Source: Pedosphaera sp.
GTDB taxonomy: Bacteria > Verrucomicrobiota > Verrucomicrobiia > Limisphaerales > SIBH01
Length of the DNA stretch: 20,782 nt
Assembly (NCBI GenBank): GCA_031414955.1
Contig: JANOQV010000185.1
Span: 1-20,782 of the forward strand
Direction of reading: 5' to 3'
Part shown: one piece after another, positions 17,870-20,782 of the stretch
How positions within the stretch are numbered: the stretch's first letter is position 1
Layout of the letters: every line of letters begins with the position of its first letter
The notes under the pieces: model-generated
Seen by the model: only the letters and a program-made list of their open reading frames with translations
The model's database searches: none
What the model was told of the DNA's origin: nothing
Translations under genes and position numbers: made by a program

Positions 17870-18100
17870 TCAAAGGCCGGCACACCCGGCAACTGCAAAT
17901 TCCCCGCCCGCCCGCCGCGTGACGCCGCGTGCCGCCATCCTCGTGCGGAATCCGCCCCATTCGCCGGTGAGTTTGTCGCGCTCCCAGAGGGAGGCGGATT
18001 TTTCCTCGGCGGCGGGTGCGGCGGGTTTGGCGGGGTCAGCCGCGAGCGAGGTCGTAATGGTGCAGAAGACCGGCAACGCGGCCATGAGTGGTCGTTTCAT
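17870..18100 (-). pseudogene. Truncated OprB-type carbohydrate porin (signal peptide plus N-terminus only)
   Basis: MKRPLMAALPVFCTITTSLAA...SLWERDKLTGEWGGFRTRMAARGVT matches the LTGDWGGxRxxLxxxGV N-terminal motif of OprB porins. Similarity stops after codon 61 (~17918) and the frame ends 15 codons later; no room for a barrel. Confidence 0.75.
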
Positions 18101-18167
18101 AGAGTTTGTCAGCGTCGGCTGTTCACCGTGTTCTTGAAAAGTTTTCCGTCCTTCATGCCGAACCCAA

Positions 18168-18974
18168 TTATTTCGGGAACAGGAACGCCACGGAGAAACG
18201 CAAACCCCAGTCCGGGCCGCCAGTGGGTTTGTCGGCATAGTAGCGTGCGCCCAGCGAAAAACTCACGGGCTGCTTGCCGAACCTCACCAACTGGCTGACC
18301 GACGCGGCCAGCGGCACGGTCCACTGCGAATTGTGCCAGTCGTAGGTGGACTCGGTGGTCACGGTCGCGGTGGTGAGGGTCTTGAACTGGTAGGAGACGA
18401 ACGGGTTCAGGAACGTCGCGTTCACCTCCTGGCGCGAGCCATTGCCCGCCACGGACCAGAGGTGGTTTGCCAGCACGCCGTAAGTCCACGCGCCGTCCTG
18501 CTTCAACGCCACGGCAGTCGGGCCAAGGCCAAACTTCTCCGTGCCGAGGCGGTCATCCGTCGCTGTGGGCAGAAGCAGCACCGGGCCTGCGCCCCAAATC
18601 CAGCCGCCCGCCGTCGGGTTGGCGGGGGAGAGGAACAACGACTGCACGGTGTCGCTCAATCCGCTCTGCGTCGTCCGGCCGATGATGTTCTCCTGGTGAA
18701 TGAACGGCACGATGGTGCGGGAGATGAGGTTCCAATCGTTGTTGAGCGAAAACGGAATGACCGGCTGCACGTTCAACGTGTAGCGGAAGCCGTCGTCCTT
18801 CGGTCCGCCGCCGAAGTCGAAGTTGTTTTGCAGCGGCACGCTGATGAGCGCGGCGACGGGGTTCGACAGTTTCTTCGCCAGTTCCGCCGCGTCGTCGGTG
18901 GCGGGTTCAGCGGCCTGCAATGAAGTGGACGCGAGCGCGCAGGCCAGCGCGAGCAATGATGCTTTATGGTTCAT
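18168..18974 (-). CDS. Putative outer-membrane beta-barrel protein (family often labelled 'transporter' or mislabelled 'neuromedin U'), 268 aa
   Basis: Signal peptide ending SLQA; ELAKKLSNPVAALISVPLQNN, LNVQPVIPF, WGAGP..LLPTA, alternating aromatic beta-strand pattern, C-terminal WGLRFSVAFLFPK. Start at ATG 18974. Confidence 0.8.
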   Translation of the reverse strand: MNHKASLLALACALASTSLQAAEPATDDAAELAKKLSNPVAALISVPLQNNFDFGGGPKDDGFRYTLNVQPVIPFSLNNDWNLISRTIVPFIHQENIIGRTTQSGLSDTVQSLFLSPANPTAGGWIWGAGPVLLLPTATDDRLGTEKFGLGPTAVALKQDGAWTYGVLANHLWSVAGNGSRQEVNATFLNPFVSYQFKTLTTATVTTESTYDWHNSQWTVPLAASVSQLVRFGKQPVSFSLGARYYADKPTGGPDWGLRFSVAFLFPK

Positions 18975-19012
18975 GAACTTTGTTTTGCTGAGTTGAATCA
19001 AACGGCCCCGAC

Positions 19013-20782
19013 TTATTGTCCGGTGCGGAACTTGGCGATGACCGCGCCCTTGCTGGAGAGCGTCAGCTCGTTGCCTGAAACTTGGAAGCCGTCAACCGAA
19101 CCGAGCGCCTTTGCAAAATTATCCTCCCATTCCATCAGCGCGGGTTCGCCGGCCATCTTGGTGCTTACCATGTTTCCGAAACTAACTTTGCCCCCACTCA
19201 CTTCGTAAGTGCCGGACAGTCGGTTGACGCCGCCAAAGGCGGCCACACGACCATCCTCGAACTTGATGGTGGGCGGTTTGCCGGCGGCGACGGGCTTGCC
19301 GTTAAGTTCGGCCAGCGTCCATTCCTTACCGGCAATTTCGCCCAAGTGCGCGATGTCACAGGCCCCTTCGAAATGCCACGAGATCGCCTGGCGCTGTTTT
19401 TCCGTCAGCGGTTTCGCGGTGCTGGCGACCGCCGGGTAAACGGTCACGCCTTCCTTGATGGTTTCGACGATCTTGATTTTGTTGATCGTGGTCGGATCAA
19501 CCGTGAGCGGATTTTTGTCGAGGATGACGAGGTCGGCGAGCTTGCCCACTTCGAGCGAGCCTTTGGTCTTCTCCTCGAAATGCTGGTAGGCGGGCCAGAG
19601 CGTCATCGCCTTCAACGCGACGAGCGGGGTGAGGCGATGCTGCGGGCCGAGGACGTGGCCGGTGCGCGTGGTGCGGTTCACAGCGGTCGCGATGAGCGCC
19701 ATCGAGTCGGGGAAGATCACCGGCGCGTCGGAGTGGATGCTGAACTTCATATTGTTCTCCAGAAACCAGCCGGTGGGCGAAATGTTCTCCGCGCGTTCCG
19801 GGCCGACCACGGATTCGCGGTGCCAATCACCCCAGTTGAACGTGTGCAGCGGAAACTCCGCCGGGAAAAGCCCCATCTGCTTGATGGCCGGCACCTGGTC
19901 GGCGCGGATGAAATGGCCGTGGATGATCGTGGTGCGGCGGTCCTCGCCCGGATAGATGGCGGAGGCGGCACGCGCGGTTTTGATCAGTTGGTCAAGTGCC
20001 GCGTCGCCTCCGCAATGGGCGATCAGCTGCCAGTTGTTTTTATAGGCCAGCATGATCCACTTGTTCAGCTCCTCGTCGGTGAACGCCGGATACCCTACGT
20101 AATCAGACTTCGCGCCGGCCGGCACTTTGAGATAGGGCTTGGTTAGCCAGGTGGTCTTGCCCTGCGGCGAACCGTCCAGCGTCAGCTTGACGCCGCCGAG
20201 TCGGAAGTGGCTGGTGTAGGCGCGCGACATCAGCGGGCCGTGCAAAACCGGCGCGTCGCCGAGCGTGGCGAGATCGGGATACGCCACGAGATCGATCTTG
20301 AATTCCCCCGCCTCGGCCAGCGCGGCAAAGGTGGTCACCTGCCCGGCCATAGATTTACCGTCCTGCACCGTGGTGAACCCGTTGGCCAGGTAGATGGCTT
20401 GGCTCGCCCTCAACTGCGCGGCGATTTCCTCTGGAGTGAACGCGGGCACGATCTTGAAGACCACGGCGAGCCACGCGTTTTCCTCGAACACGCCATCGGG
20501 GGTCTTGCCATCGGCTTCGCGCCGGATGATGCCGCCGGAGGGATCTTTGCTTGCCGCGGTGATACCCACCTGCGCCAGCGCCTTGCTGTTAAGGACGCCG
20601 AAGTGGCCGGACTGGTGAACGGCCATGACCGGCAGCTCGGTGGAGATCGCGTCCAGATCCTGCCGGGTCGGATGGCGGCGCTCGGCGAGCTGCGAATCGT
20701 CATAGTTCATGCCGATGACGACGCCGCGCGCCTTCACCAACGGCGAAGCCGCCATGTAATCGCGCATGACCTGCTGTAGCTC
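19013..20782 (-). CDS. YtcJ/Amidohydro_3-like metal-dependent amidohydrolase fused to a C-terminal META (HslJ-like) domain; 5' end beyond the window
   Basis: PTRQDLDAIS, HQSGH..LNSKAL, GVKLTLDGSPQGKT, AHCGGDAA, IIHGH, HSDAPV, KGSLEVGKLADLVILD, then a META-like domain EWTLAELNG..FEDGRVAAFGGVNRLSGTY..STKMAG..E..F..L (~19016-19340). Frame is open to base 20782 (ELQQV-MRDY). Confidence 0.88.
   Translation of the reverse strand, partial: ELQQVMRDYMAASPLVKARGVVIGMNYDDSQLAERRHPTRQDLDAISTELPVMAVHQSGHFGVLNSKALAQVGITAASKDPSGGIIRREADGKTPDGVFEENAWLAVVFKIVPAFTPEEIAAQLRASQAIYLANGFTTVQDGKSMAGQVTTFAALAEAGEFKIDLVAYPDLATLGDAPVLHGPLMSRAYTSHFRLGGVKLTLDGSPQGKTTWLTKPYLKVPAGAKSDYVGYPAFTDEELNKWIMLAYKNNWQLIAHCGGDAALDQLIKTARAASAIYPGEDRRTTIIHGHFIRADQVPAIKQMGLFPAEFPLHTFNWGDWHRESVVGPERAENISPTGWFLENNMKFSIHSDAPVIFPDSMALIATAVNRTTRTGHVLGPQHRLTPLVALKAMTLWPAYQHFEEKTKGSLEVGKLADLVILDKNPLTVDPTTINKIKIVETIKEGVTVYPAVASTAKPLTEKQRQAISWHFEGACDIAHLGEIAGKEWTLAELNGKPVAAGKPPTIKFEDGRVAAFGGVNRLSGTYEVSGGKVSFGNMVSTKMAGEPALMEWEDNFAKALGSVDGFQVSGNELTLSSKGAVIAKFRTGQ

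Overview
GC-rich bacterial chromosomal window; gene content and style suggest Verrucomicrobiota, Pedosphaera/Limisphaera-like (inference). Left part: a partial cupin/phosphomannose-isomerase-like gene (minus strand, missing from the ORF track), then on the plus strand aspartate kinase (probable internal beta-subunit start), a secreted 4x lamin-tail + 2x Ig-like protein, an orphan hisB, and an ECF sigma / membrane anti-sigma / secreted-protein trio ending at a bidirectional terminator. Centre (minus strand): mreB-mreC-mreD-mrdA-rodA-rne/rng. Right part (minus strand): an envelope/hydrolase cluster with an amidohydrolase-META fusion, an outer-membrane beta-barrel, a truncated OprB-type porin relic, a DUF2959-like lipoprotein, a 4-TM protein and a patatin-like lipoprotein. 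The most striking observation is two related ~135-bp heptamer-repeat hairpin elements at the mreC/mreD and mreD/mrdA junctions. Each starts inside a TGA and ends 6 nt before the next ATG, is stop-free in all three sense frames, and carries a 48-50 aa mini-ORF overlapping the upstream stop (ATGA) and the downstream start. They look like insertions at start codons that preserve translational coupling.
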